From Microthyrium microscopicum (Eukaryota): a stretch of DNA of 63,894 bases. The notes under the pieces are model-generated. The model had not been told where the DNA came from and made no database searches. It saw only the letters and a list, made by a program, of their open reading frames with translations. The translations under genes and the position numbers were made by a program. The DNA lies in NCBI GenBank assembly GCA_010405405.1, contig MU004240.1:10337-74230 (forward strand), in the 5' to 3' direction. Every line of letters begins with the position of its first letter. Positions within the stretch are counted from its first letter, which is position 1. Shown here one piece after another: positions 28,198-40,978 of the stretch.

Positions 28198-28796
28198 GTC
28201 GTTGGCGGCTGTCAGAAAACAACTCGGATAGATGAAAAGACAGGTTGCGGATATATGTTACTCATTGAGGCTTCAAGCTTCTTGAAGGCCAGTCAACATT
28301 TTGCCACGGCCATTGGTAGATGGCTCCTCGCACAGCCTCTGCATGTTGTTGCTTACTATGTACTGAAGCGACGTGCATTAGCCCATGCAAAAATACGAGC
28401 AAAACTTTCTCTTTCATGGTAGAGCGTCAGGCCACCCGTCAAATAAACCGGCTTCGGGGGCTCAGCTGACAGTTTGGGCGGCTTTGCGTGAGGCTCAAAG
28501 GTCCGGGGGTCTTCATCTTTTCTCTTCCTGGCAGTAAACAATCACATTCTACCCCTGAACCCAAACAGGCTGGCAGCTCGGCGCTCGCTCTCGCCCAGCG
28601 GGAATTGCGAATAGGAGGCGGTGACATCGCTTAAGCTTCAATACTATCAAGTCGAAAGCCTACCGTATCACTGCCGCAATCACGCTGTAGATAGATTCGA
28701 TTTTAGGCACGACCTTCAAGGTGTCAAGTATCAGACTCTGGAGTCTGGGGGCACAATAAGGGGATTGAATCAGGCGCTTGTTAATAATACGGGTTA

Positions 28797-29270
28797 CAGT
28801 GCTATCAGGGTTCTGTTGTCCCCCTCTAGATTTGAATGGTTTGCAGAACACGCCGTAATTAGGTAGATGTACGGGATTGGTTGGGAGTTATAGTACAAAT
28901 TTATAGGGAGGCGCCTAGTCGCGGCCCATTAGCAGCCCTTAAAAACTATCCTTCCTAAATACTATATCTTGTATCGCTTTTAAAGCTATATTCGCGACTT
29001 AGAGAGCAAGATTCTAGTACTAAAAACTGCTCGCTACTAGCTTTAAGATATACTAAAATACTAAAATTTAAGATATTTAATAAAAATTTAGCTTTAGAAC
29101 TAATAATATTATTGTTTAGGAAGATAATAGAGTTAGTAAGATTAATTTAAGGGGCTACGCCGCTAAATTTATATACTAACACACTCTTCAGATCTTCTCG
29201 CCCTCTAATCAGGCCCTAAAGCGCCATTTCATGTTTTTAGGGGGGGGACAACAGAACCCTGATAGCACTG
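28797..29270. mobile_element. 474-bp non-autonomous Tc1/mariner-like element, 28-bp perfect TIRs, TA duplication, RIP-mutated core
   Basis: CAGTGCTATCAGGGTTCTGTTGTCCCCC at 28797-28824 and its reverse complement at 29243-29270, flanked by TA on both sides; CAGTG terminus typical of Tc1-like elements. Confidence 0.88.
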
Positions 29271-29631
29271 TAAGCGCGAGTGGCAGGGCTCGCTTAAGCT
29301 TCAAATGTTGATCGCCACGTTGACCACGCCTCCCGGCCCGCTCCGAACCCCTGAACTGACCATTTACATCAACGTCAACCTTTGTTCGCCCAGGCATACG
29401 GTACCTACATCTGCGTCAATCTGCACTCACCTCTTTTCACCTTCGTAGTAAATCAGTGACCGGTTCCTCAAGGTCTCTGTCTCGCTTGTTGGATTATTGT
29501 CCGCGCACCGTAGTATCACACCCGACACCTTGAAGCACCATTATACACTTCTCCAAAGTCTTCCAGGTTGCCACCGTAGGTCTGTTTGTAAAATCGCCTT
29601 TTCGCGTCACAGACATCTTAGTACAGTGTAC

Positions 29632-30788
29632 ATGTCTCTTCGAGCAGCACGTCTGCGGGACGAGTAAAGATCTGCATGGCCTGACCGGATCCACGCCATC
29701 ATCTTCAGGCACATTTACACGACAACATACGCGGAGTACGGACTGCTTATGTGAAGCACACCGTTGCAGCTCACAAATTACCACTATACGTTTCATTGTT
29801 TCTTAAACGGTATCACCTATCGAAAGCTCGGGCTTGATATTATATCTAATGATAGCTCAACTGAAGGCCTCTTTGAAAAGGGGCTGATAACTTGTAAGAG
29901 TGGAAATTTACAAGCTCTCAAATGGTCGATCAAAGCTGGCCTCTTCCAGGACCCGGCGACACTGCATAGTCCCTTCTCGGTCGCCATCCTCAAGGGCTAA
30001 GCGGCATACATGAATCTCATTGGAGCTGCTAGTATCAGTGGTCAAGCAGATATAGCGAGATATCTTCTTGCCGATTTTCATTGGAATTTCATAAAGCATG
30101 AGGATAATGCTCTATCAAATTATCGGTAGCTTATCGCCGGAAACCCTTCAATTTTCATCACAGTGGAGGCTACGACTCTTCATCAGATCTACAGATGGGT
30201 GAGTTTCACTGCTTCCATACATTTGAAAGTTCTTATCAAGTTGGCTACCGACGTCGTACGCTTGGCGTGGATCGCAATTGGTGCTGGCTTATCTGTAAAC
30301 CATGATCTCCTCGAACCCGACTTAGCATCACCTTGAAATAGGTTCTCGTTCGACCAAAACATTTGAGCTATACTATCACCCTCGGCCCTGACGGTAATGT
30401 CCTACAGTACGCTTCAGCAGGAGATACTTTGCCCTATTCTGTTCCAGGCTTTCGGTATCCAGACCAGGAAGATGCCAGTGTTCGCAGTGTGCTAAATTTT
30501 TCTTCTATCCGGCTTGGAGAAGCAGGACGTAGCTTGAAATCGAAGGACATGTTTGTCTTGAAACCCATGGATGAATACAACGAGCGCTTGAAGAGCCTAG
30601 CGTACTTCATTGGATTGCAACATGTAACACTGAAGGCTGCTGGTCCTCAAGTTCATCTAGAAACCTTAATGATCATGATCATCTCACTGGCATTGTGGAA
30701 CGAGTTCATTCACGATTGGATACCCGTCGGAAGGAGTCTTGGTGCGAGCCTTGGGGCTTTCCTTTCACTGCCGTCAACAAGCTATTGA
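29632..30788 (+). pseudogene. Probable F-box-like plus ankyrin-like pseudogene
   Basis: A single frame from ATG 29632 reads ...WPDRIHAIIFRHI...CKSGNLQALKWSI...LIGAASISGQADIARYLL with stops at 29665, 29752, 29998 and 30127. The link to ORF 30363-30788 (different frame) is uncertain. Confidence 0.5.
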
Positions 30789-31121
30789 TATGTTCAAGTT
30801 ATCGTTCTTTTATCGCGGTAAAGCTCACCAAAAGGCCCATCTGGCCTTCACAAGCAGTACTGTGAGGGATTGCTCAATGCTCATCCAAAAGAAGAATTGA
30901 CTACAGGTACCTCGACAAAGATACCTACAGCCACTGCCTGGGATCTAAAGATAAAGAGGAATAAATTCACGGTGCACCAAAACCAAAGCCCGGCACGTCA
31001 AGTCTCTTTTAATGATGAGAGCATGTGTTCAGTCATAGGTGAAGAGGTCAATGTGAGGTTGCATACATGTGAAGTATGAGCTCGAATTTGAATTTTCGTA
31101 GTCATGTAGCAATCTGTGAAT

Positions 31122-31687
31122 GGAGAGGGTCGGCAGGCCATTTGGAGTACCCTCGGAACGCGATCCGCAGGTACTCGGAAGGCGTTTTTACTCCTCGAAT
31201 AGGAATAGCGCGCAAAAGAGTAAAAGTCGTTTTTACTAAGTAAAATCGACTTGCACTCCACTTTTACTTCCCATGCTGACCTACTATTAACCTATTTTGG
31301 AATAGTACTAAGGTTGAGTTGACTTTAGAGTCGTTTTGGACGTTAAAGAGCTATATTCCTATTCTTCTACCTGTACCTACCTACGTAAAGATGCTAAGAA
31401 TATAGATTTGAATATTGGATTGATGTATACGCGTTTAGGCACCTAGAGTATAACGTAAGTTTTGGGCTATTTTGGGCTATTTTGGGTCTTATGGAGTAGA
31501 ATATCAATAGATATATCGCAAAGTCATGGCACAAAAACGCCCACAGGGGGAATTACTATAAGGGCAGTTTCTGCAGTTTGATATCGGAAGATGTTAGGGG
31601 CTAGGCTAATTCCAGCGTAGATCGCCAGTCAAAATCCGCAGTAAAAGTGGAGTCAAAATCCTAGGAATTTGGCTGCCGACCCTCTCC
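31122..31687. mobile_element. 566-bp non-autonomous TIR element with 3-bp AAT duplication (PIF/Harbinger-like), partly RIP-mutated
   Basis: GGAGAGGGTCGGCAG at 31122-31136 and its reverse complement at 31673-31687; AAT on both sides; internal inverted pair ACTCCACTTTTACT (31255-31268) / AGTAAAAGTGGAGT (31640-31653). Confidence 0.78.
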
Positions 31688-32612
31688 AATGCGAAGTCTA
31701 CTCAACGTATTCTACTGCCCCGTCGCATCACCATCTTAGTGTGACAGCATTAATTGACGCAGTAAATTTCGAGAATCCATCACTTTCCTGTCAGCTCGTC
31801 GAATAGCGAAATGTAGATGAGTCGATGCAAGAGCTGAGTTGCTCCGAAGAAGGGCACCCAGTTCTGTTTCTTACTCTACTCTTACATCCTGCAGAGTTGA
31901 GTTTTTATATCAGGATCACCTTCTCAGAGCAACCCGTTAATCGAGGAGAAAGACATCATAGCAACGTCACAAAAACACCATACCTCCCATCGCATTCGAT
32001 GGCGCCCATAGAAAGCGATTGAAAATGAGTGCTGTGGCTACCGCCGAATGCAGCCAAACCACGCATTGCGTCGAGCGCGTCGCAAACCCCCGGAGAGTTG
32101 AGCAACGCTAAAATCAAAATGTTAAAGAAAACCGACAACGTAGAATACTGAGAAAGGGGATATTTTATAGACTCTGGCGTGTTTGCGTGTCTGGATAAGT
32201 ACTTTGCCCCTCCCCTAGATTTATGTACCCCACCACCGCTACCGGTCGGTACCTATCAGGCCAATCACTTTTTATACGACGTCTGTATTGTCTCCAACCA
32301 CCATACATAATTTTTACGCTTTTCGTTTCTGGAAAGTCTGGACAAGAGATATAGCTAGGCTGTTTCAAGCGACCGGAAGGAACAAGTCAAGGTCTCGGGA
32401 GTCGTGGCGACAAACAACCAAGAGCTCCTTTCTAATCTCAGAAAGCAGTTGCTAGAGGCCCAAATTAGGATTGCGGCTCATTTGCCGTAGCATGAACAAC
32501 ATATCTTCGAAACAAAGGCCATAACAATCATCTGGCTGGGAGATTCGCCATAACGTATCCCGCCTCTAGAAAACATCATACATCATTTCAGTCCTCTCAC
32601 AACCACAGCGAA

Positions 32613-34198
32613 ATGGCTGAAGATCATGTAAATACTTCTGGCTTGAGACTAAAGATATTTCTAACTTTGTCTTCCAGGAATGTTGGATACCGAAGCCAGG
32701 CGAGTGGCCTGTTGATCCGCAAGAAGACATAGCTGTCTCAGAAGATAGAATCTGGATAGATGGATGCTTCGACTTTGCCCATCACGGTCAGTCATGGTTG
32801 AGAAGTCGTAAGCGCCATGTCTAACGGCTATCAGGTCACGCTGGAGCATCTCTCCAGGCACGGAAGCTCGGAAAGGAGCTTTTAGTTGGCATTCACTCAG
32901 ACGAAGATATTTTGGACAACAAGGGTCCAACAGTGATGACCCTTCCTGAGCGGTAAGTCGTCAATCTAGCAGCTTACAAGTCTTCTCTAACTTCATCAGT
33001 ATTTCCTCGGTAGAAGCATGTCGCTGGGTTACCAAAGCAGTTCCCCATGCGCCATACGTTACTTCACTTCGATGGGTTTCGCACTACGGCTGTCAGTATG
33101 TTGGCCATGGCGACGATATTACATCAGACAGCAGCGGAGAAGACTGCTATCGTTTTGTGAAAAAGGCCGACCGCTTCAAAGTTTTCAAACGAACACCTGG
33201 AATCTCCACCACAGATCTCGTTGGCCGAATGCTGCTATGTACACGATCTCACTTTATCAACTCTCTGGAATCAGTTCTTGCGGGACAGGAAGGAGATGGT
33301 GGAGATACAGAGCGCCAGGTTCGAGGCGAAGAAATGACGCAAAGAATCAAAGATTATGCTTCAGATGCGACTGGGTTCAATCCGTCATCCCAAGTCTGGA
33401 GCTGGACCCCCACGGATCGAAATTACTTCCGCAAGCAGGGTGAAGTACCGGACGATAGTGGTACATTCAAATTGATGACGGCCGGAAAAGAATCTCGCAA
33501 AGATCAGAGGGTGGTATATGTTGATGGCGGCTTCGATTTATTTTCATCGGGTCATATCGCATTCCTGGTCAAAGTAATCGAGATGGAAGAAGAGAAAGCG
33601 AAGAAAACAGGCTGGTACACCGAAGAAGCCAAAGCAGCGCGACTGAAAGATGCAGGAGAGGATTACGGCCCAGCTTATGTTGTTGCTGGAGTTCATGACG
33701 ACGCAGTGATCAATCACTTCAAAGGGGTTAACTATCCCATCATGAACATCTTTGAGCGCGGTCTCTGTGCTCTACAATGCAAGGTATATCTAGACTGGAG
33801 GCCCCAAATGAGATTCAGTCTAACACTTTCTTTAGTACATCCACGCCGTAATATTCTCCGCACCATTCGTGCCCACTGCATCCTACCTCAAAGCAATTCC
33901 CTACGGCCTCCCAGCGGCTGTCTATCATGGACCCACCTCATTCATGCCGTTCATCCAGGACCCTTATTCGGCTGCTAAATCACTTGGAATCTTCATAGAG
34001 GTATCTACTCATGACTTCTCGCACGTAAACGCGGGCGAAATTGTCGAGCGTATTTTGCAGAGTAGGGCCTTGTACGAGGAGCGTCAACGTGTCAAAGGTG
34101 TCAAAGGCTTGGGTGAGGAAGCCACGAGGACACGAGAGATCTTGGAGGAGGAGGCAAGGCAGAAGGCAGCTGAAAGGAGAGAGGAGGCGGGAATTTGA
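32613..34198 (+). CDS. ECT1: Ethanolamine-phosphate cytidylyltransferase (multi-exon)
   Basis: Two cytidylyltransferase halves: RIWIDGCFDFAHHGH, GHGDDITSD, KRTPGISTTDLVGRML and VYVDGGFDLFSSGH...NYPIMNIFERGL; four canonical GT-AG introns. Confidence 0.93.
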
Positions 34199-34670
34199 TG
34201 GAAGAATGAGAAAGACGTGATACTTCTGATTTGCTTTGTAGTATTTTGTACGATGGCTATCAACAGCTCTTGCGCTGCAGCGCTGCGACTTGGACCAGAC
34301 CTTCTGATAGATGAATTTTAACACATTCAGACGATATATCGCTTGAGCGCTCCTTCCGTCTACAGTGCCTTTTCTCCTGATCCCCGAATCGGAAGGCTCG
34401 CTCTCCCTTTCCAGGTGAGGATATCCAAAATTGCCAGAGCCTTTGAGGCCTCTAGTGAACGGCGCCGGTGACTGAAATTAGTAAAGTGCGATCACGCGCC
34501 TCCAGTCACGGCTTGAGCCGAATACTGACGCCTTCCATGTTGTTGAAAGAAGAAGCGCATAAAAGCATGTCTTCACCATACCGGCATTCTCTTCATTAGC
34601 ACCCTACACACTGGCAGTCAATAAGATCACCAAACCGAACATCAAGCCAAAAGACGATCAACAATCGGAA

Positions 34671-35227
34671 ATGAAGCTCACTACAGTCCTGACCGCTCTC
34701 TTCGCAGCCTGCGCCATGGCAAGCGCCATCCCACCCACCACCGCTTCCTTGGGTATGTCTCCTCCTACCCTCTCATCTCACCACCATCTAACCCGCCCAG
34801 AATCTCCTTCCATCAATTCAACCATCCTCGCCACCAATATCTACACTGCCCGCTGCAACACAGGCAACATCAACCTCGGCGACGCACGCATCTGTTCCGG
34901 CCTCATCGCCGGCCGCGGCACCTGTGTCGTCGATGAGCAGTCCCAGTTCTGCGTCTGGGGCAGCGCCTACATTTCCGGCCGTACTTTCTTCGAGGGCAAA
35001 GAGAAGCCGCAGGTAATCCACACAGACTGTGAGAAGGTAGCCAAGACGTTGGATCAGATTATCGGCATGTGTGGAAGCCGAGGCGGTAAGTCATGAGAAA
35101 GGATGATGGGTGGGAAGTGATGCTGACGAGGGATATAGGTTCGATGGGCGTGGTTAGTGGTGTGGCATTGGTTGGTGGTCCGGATACTCGGGATATCATT
35201 GTTCATTTGGCTCCTCATTGGGTTTGA
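34671..35227 (+). CDS. Small secreted cysteine-rich protein (151 aa; candidate effector or toxin)
   Basis: Signal peptide MKLTTVLTALFAACAMA; introns 34753-34800 and 35086-35138; six Cys in the mature part; ends ...DIIVHLAPHWV*. Confidence 0.85.
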
Positions 35228-35433
35228 GAACGCCGGTATGTTTGAACTCGAGACGATTGAAATCGATTCGATAAACGGTATCGGATTTGGTGGATGGCAT
35301 GCCGAGTTCTGGGCGGGTGTATGCTTCTAGTCTGATGGCCGGTAAGTCACCACTAAGAGGTTCGGGAATGTTGGTCTTTGCGATAGAAAGCCCTGGTTGA
35401 TGACACTGCACGTGCATACAATTGATGTCTAGC

Positions 35434-36804
35434 TCAATACCATAAAGACTTTTGAACAAGCTCTAGGTCTATTCCGTGCTTCTCGGCGAGTTCAAAGGCC
35501 ATTTCCTGTACATCTTCACTCTGCCAATAGCTTTCAATGTCGTAGTCCCAGCCTCTGCCCCTGTCATCTCGGTGAGAAGTTGAAGGTCGTTTGACTAGTA
35601 AACGAACTTTCGTTCCAGGCTGCAGCTTATTCTTTCGCAATCGAAACAATCCTTTGAATTCTTCCAATCTCATGCTTTTGACAGGCATTTCAATCAAAGG
35701 CGGAGGTGTAAGTTGAGAAATGCCATGGAGAATGGCAGCTCGTGTTGGGATGTCTCCTCCGTCCATGTAGATATGCTTTATGCCACTCCAGAGAGCCAGC
35801 GGCGCAGTTGTATTCTTGGCGAAGTGCTTTTTCGCACCTCCGTTACTTGATCTTGAAGTGTAGCTTAGGCATGTCACCTTGGACAAGAGCCCTTCGGTCC
35901 GGAGTTTCGATATCAAGTTGAAGGTGTCCCACTCGGCTTGTGGTATGAGGACTTCGAGATGCTCCAGAATGGTAGATGAGCCACCAGAAATCAGCCATCT
36001 TAGGGGTAGTTCTCGAATATGAGAACTGTATATCTCCAATTGTTTTAGGCGGAAAGGTGGAGGTTCTGTCGGAAGATACATGGGCGAACCCGCGTAAGAG
36101 CCATCTCCAGTCCAGCCAACTTGATATAATGTCAGATATTGGAGATTGGGAGTAACCATGAAAAGAGGAACCCAAGATGCGGCACCTGGAACATCACCAA
36201 GGATGGCTGCCTGGATCCTTTTAGTATGAGTCGTGTATTTGCAACTGGACGTCATAACTGGTGGACAAGATGTATGGCAAGCTACAAAGAACAGCGATAG
36301 CTAACAGATACATCATTTCTGCCTTTATGAATACAGTATGTTACTTACTTGTAATCCAGCAAACTGAGATGACAGAGGCTCAATCGGTGCGCGAACTGTG
36401 CCGAGCAAACTCAGATCCGCAGCATACGACCGGTCTCTAAGTTGTCCACGTTCATAGCAAATCAAAGAGCGCAACTGCTCACAAGCTGGCAGTGCTCGAA
36501 AGATGGCCAGTAAATCGACCACATAGTATGGCCTTGAATGCTCGGCGACGACCAGCTTGCGGAGATATTTTAGCCGATCGACTGGGCGGTGCAAGACTCG
36601 ACTAGAGACTTCTGCTTCTTCATTGATGACAATAGTTTGGTTGATGATAGGCTGGGTGAGACGATGCCAGCTACGGTCTACTAAAGCGCATGATAGCAGA
36701 GTACGGGTGGTTATTTGGTCGCGTCCAATCTCGATGGAGTTATCGGCAACTGCTTGTATAATGTGTTGGTATATGTCGTAGCTCAATTGGGGAATGGACG
36801 CCAT
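35434..36804 (-). CDS. F-box-like protein with LRR-like C-terminal region
   Basis: N-terminus LSYDIYQHIIQAV...TLLSCALVDRSW; a GTAAGT..TAG intron (36348-36301) joins ORFs 36325-36804 and 35434-36255 in frame; LxxLxL motifs. Confidence 0.7.
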
Positions 36805-37705
36805 TGGATTTGACGATGGTCGTTTTGACTGGCCATGCTTCGTGTAACGACACTGTCACACCACAGTGCAGTCGCGTCACCGCGTGTCGCTGAACGTGCT
36901 CGTACCTTATGTGCGGATTACTCGCACGTGTTCCTGTTGGAACCTACTTTTCAATTTCAAAGTCGATGAGTTTTTTTGGTGTATCTTTGTTTTCATTGCT
37001 TCTTGATCAAGGACTTGCTTTATTCAAAAGTGAGATATTTGGCGCGGACCAATTGACCTTCATACTGCGTAGATCTGTTGTACATGCCTGGCCCTGGTCT
37101 ACGCTGGACGGAAAGTTCCGGTGAGCGGAGGTTGTTCCGCGATATGTAAATCCGACCAGTTGCATGCTGACTATTTCAAGCTTTGAAGCTGCCACTTCAC
37201 TCGATACCAAAGGCTGAGAAATCAACCGGGATGTACTCGTTCCCGCTCCCGATCCGAGTTTACCAGACTGATAAGTGTCCCTGCTTGTATGTGCATTGTG
37301 TGGTACCTTATGTATGAGAGGGTGCGGGGGCTGACTGAGGCCGGATTTGATGCTGTACGGTAGTGCTGTACCGTTCCTGTGCCTTGAAACCACTCAGCAT
37401 GCTCTTTTTCTACAATAGACGCTCTGTGTTTAGAGAGTGGTTAGCTATTGCTTACTGACAAACCTCGTCTAAACAAAGCAGGCTAACCTGGGTCGTTTCG
37501 AGGGACGAGGGCCAGCTCACAAAGCTCCTGCAGTGGGAGCTGTATAAGAAGAGCTATCTCCATCGCAATTCAATTTTGTCCCACCATCACTCAACCCCAC
37601 CGCAAGTTCCACAACAATCTAAATTCTCTTCTTAGAGTATTGCAACTACTACCTTAAACAGTCGAGCAACATCAACTGGTTTCAATTCCAATATCAGACC
37701 TCACA

Positions 37706-38456
37706 ATGGCCGCCAAAATCTCCACCAACGACTACCTCACAGCTATCAAATATCGCCGCTCTGTCTATCCACTGAGCGACAAGGTCGACGTCTCCGATGA
37801 TCGAATTGTCGAGATTATCAAAGAGGTCGCTCTCACCTCACCTAGTAGCTACAACACTCAACCTGGCCGCTTCACCGTCCTCCTTGGAGCTCCACACAAG
37901 AAGCTTTGGGATATGATTAGTGAAATAGCTACTCCCATCATCACCCAGCATGCTGGAGAAGAAATGGGCAAGGCCATGGAGGGACGTTTCCAAATGTTCA
38001 AGGGCAAGCAAATACTCCTTACTACCAATCTTGCCAAATACTGACTCGTCACAGGCGCCTATGGAAGTGTAAGCTCCACTAATCAAATACTCCGGAAGCT
38101 TTTAGCTCTTACTGACCGCGTTCTTTTAGGTCCTGTTTTGGGAAGACAATACCGTCGTCAAAAAGTCAGGCGAGACTCACCAAGCCTCTGCACACATGTT
38201 CCCTCAATGGAGTGAGCACGCCGATGCCATGGCTCAGATACAAATCTGGACTGCTCTCGAGCTCGAAGGACTTGGTGCTAATCTTCAACATATGTCCGCA
38301 ATCCCACCGGTCGAGGAAGCCATTCGTAAAGAGTGGAATATCTCTGCAGACTGGAGTCTGAAGGCCAACATGAACTTTGGAGCTCCCACTGGAGATCACC
38401 CAGCTAGACCCGATAAGATTCCTGTGGACCAGACAGTCACAGTTTTCAAATCTTAA
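37706..38456 (+). CDS. Nitroreductase-like protein, Frm2/Hbn1 family
   Basis: RRSVYPL, PSSYNTQ, FKGAYGSVLFWED, WTALELEGLGANLQH; introns 38004-38054 (GC-AG) and 38069-38129. Confidence 0.9.
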
Positions 38457-38978
38457 AATTGACTGGCTAGTACCATCGATTCATAATCTTAACTTGACGT
38501 TTCATAGAACGATAAAACGAAATGCATTATGTTTTCTGCATGTTATCACCTTGATAGTTCCCAAGTTGCTCACTGTGACATCCATATTCATTTCCATGAA
38601 TGGTGCTTTGAAATTCCCAGCTCAAGAACAGGGTGGTTGGCGGAATTGGCAGCATCATCGTAATTTGAGCCCATGTTCAGCCAATGAGGTGGGAGCTACT
38701 ACAATCATTATCACTGCATTCAAAGTGTTTGACTATACCAGTACTTTCAGGGACTACTGTATTCTACCTTTGGCGCAATCTAACATTCGTCTTCGTGCCG
38801 TGCAATCTTGGAAAAGGCTGAAGACAAGGCTGAGATCAGGTGGGGCAATGCCGATAAGATAAGATCACACCAAGTTCCCTTCCCTTCCCGTCTTGTTTTT
38901 TTTTTTGACAAAAATCATTTTGCTTGTCCACCGCAACCTCACTTACGCAAGGCTTCCATCAGTAACACAGTCACAGCC

Positions 38979-40497
38979 ATGGCTCAACTATCGAAGAAAC
39001 GGAAGCTGAATGAGTCTCTCAAACCCACTCCCGCCAACGACGAGCCGCCCAGCAAAAAGCGTACCCCAATAGACACAGACAATGCGACAGAATCACACAC
39101 TACCACAGCCGATACGAATACATTGAAGACATTCAGAGATCTGGGAATCATACCGGAGTTGTGTGACGCTTGCGAAAAACTTGGGTTCACCTCTCCACGC
39201 CCGATTCAAGTACAAGCAATACCACATGCGCTTGCAGGACGAGATGTTATTGGATTGGCAGAAACAGGCTCTGGAAAAACAGCAGCTTTTGCGCTGCCAA
39301 TGCTCCAAGGTTAGACCGAGTAATTCAAAGTTGAAGTCTTTGACTAATGAACTTCTAGCCTTGATGGAAAATCCCTCTCCCTTATTTGGTTTGGTCCTAG
39401 CACCAACTCGAGAACTTGCAAGTCAGATTCGAAAGCACATTGAAGGTATAGGATCAATAATAAACGTTCGGTGTACGGAAATCACTGGCGGAAGTCCAAC
39501 CATAGATCAAGCGAAAGCGTTACAAAAGAGCCCACATATAATTGTCGCAACTCCAGGACGTCTACTCGACCACTTGGAGAATACCAAAGGCTTCCACCTT
39601 CGTAACCTCAAATTCCTGGTTTTTGACGAGGCTGATCGATTGCTCGATTTGAACTTCAGCGATGCCATCAACAAAATCCTCAAAGAACTTCCACACGAGC
39701 GTCGCACATTTCTCTTTTCCGCCACCATGTCCAAGCATATTGGATCTCTCCAACGGGCCTCACTCCGCGACCCTGTTCGTGTCTCTGCCTCTGCCAACAC
39801 CACCGTATCTGGCTTACATCAAGAATGGGTACTCATCCCTGTAGTCCAGAAGGACCTGTTGCTTGCATTTCTACTCAAGGACAAATATCCAGGTGCCAAA
39901 ACGATCATATTCTGTCGCACTATCAACAAGACCCAAGAACTCGCGTATCTTCTCCGCGTTCTCAACTTCAGCGCTATTCCAATCCACGGCGACCTCCCCC
40001 AAAGCGCACGAAACCTTTCTCTCTCCAAATTCACCACTGGTGGGCGCAATATTCTGATCGCCACCGACGTCGCCTCTCGTGGTCTTGATATCCCAGCCGT
40101 CGATCTTGTTGTGAACTACGACTTACCGGACGATGACAAGACTTATATCCACCGCGTCGGCCGTACTGCACGTGCTGGACGTACTGGACGAGCGGTCAGT
40201 ATGGTTACACAGTACGATGCGGAGCTGTGGCTGCGGATTGAGGCGGCGTTGGCAAAGACCAGTGATACTGCTCAAACTCAAAAACCGCCGATGGACGTGC
40301 CTCAAGATGAAATGATGGTTCTCGCGGGGTCAGTTGGTGAGGCACAAATTGCCGCAAAGAAGCAGCTGCGACAGGCTCAGGAGAAGGGGAAGAAGAGAGG
40401 TGGCATTGGTAAAGGCTCTGGTGGACCTCCGGGTGGATTTGGAAAGAAGGGTAGGGGTGACAGAAGAGGGCGAACAAATGATAGGGAAGAGGCGTAG
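38979..40497 (+). CDS. RRP3: DEAD-box rRNA-processing helicase Rrp3/DDX47
   Basis: [51 protein letters not shown]; intron 39310-39358. Confidence 0.93.
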
Positions 40498-40522
40498 TGT
40501 CTGAAATGATATGGTCATGGTA

Positions 40523-40710
40523 CCGACCCGTCGCAAAATAAGTCGCGCGCTCCCATCAATCTTGATGTTTACCATATTCTCTGATGTCAAATCAAGTCTC
40601 ATCTTTCTCATCAACACGACTGTCGACCATGTGGAGGATGCGCTGAATTTGCCTTCTTTCGCGGTTAGAACTTGACCGGAGATGTCTGCCAGCTATTTGT
40701 CCACCGCTTG
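40523..40710. mobile_element. Degenerate copy of the fold-back element family, just 3' of RRP3
   Basis: Left arm gcaaaataagtcgcgcgctcccatcaatcttgatg matches the family; right arm tgccagctatttgtcca matches the 47.1-kb copy; no clear TSD. Confidence 0.55.
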
Positions 40711-40978
40711 GCTAGAGTACCTCTCCATGTCATTGTCTTATTTTGGTCACAAGTAGCCAGATTTTGATGTTGTCAAATCACACGTTTTAACACAAAGAGA
40801 TTGAACTGTAGAATTGTTGTAAGCTCAGAATACCCTTGGCTTCTTTGCTATTTGGAAAAGCATTCGAGTTCACAGCAATCGACAGCATGTAGCAAATAAT
40901 AGAATAGTTAGATACTTAAGCACGCAAGTGGTCTTCTTGAGTCTCCATGCTTCACTCATCATCTCATTATCAAGCAAG

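Noticed and set aside
28628..29304. 15-bp direct repeat TCGCTTAAGCTTCAA on both sides of the Tc1-like element
   Set aside because: Not adjacent to the element ends and similarity does not extend; unexplained but too short to call.
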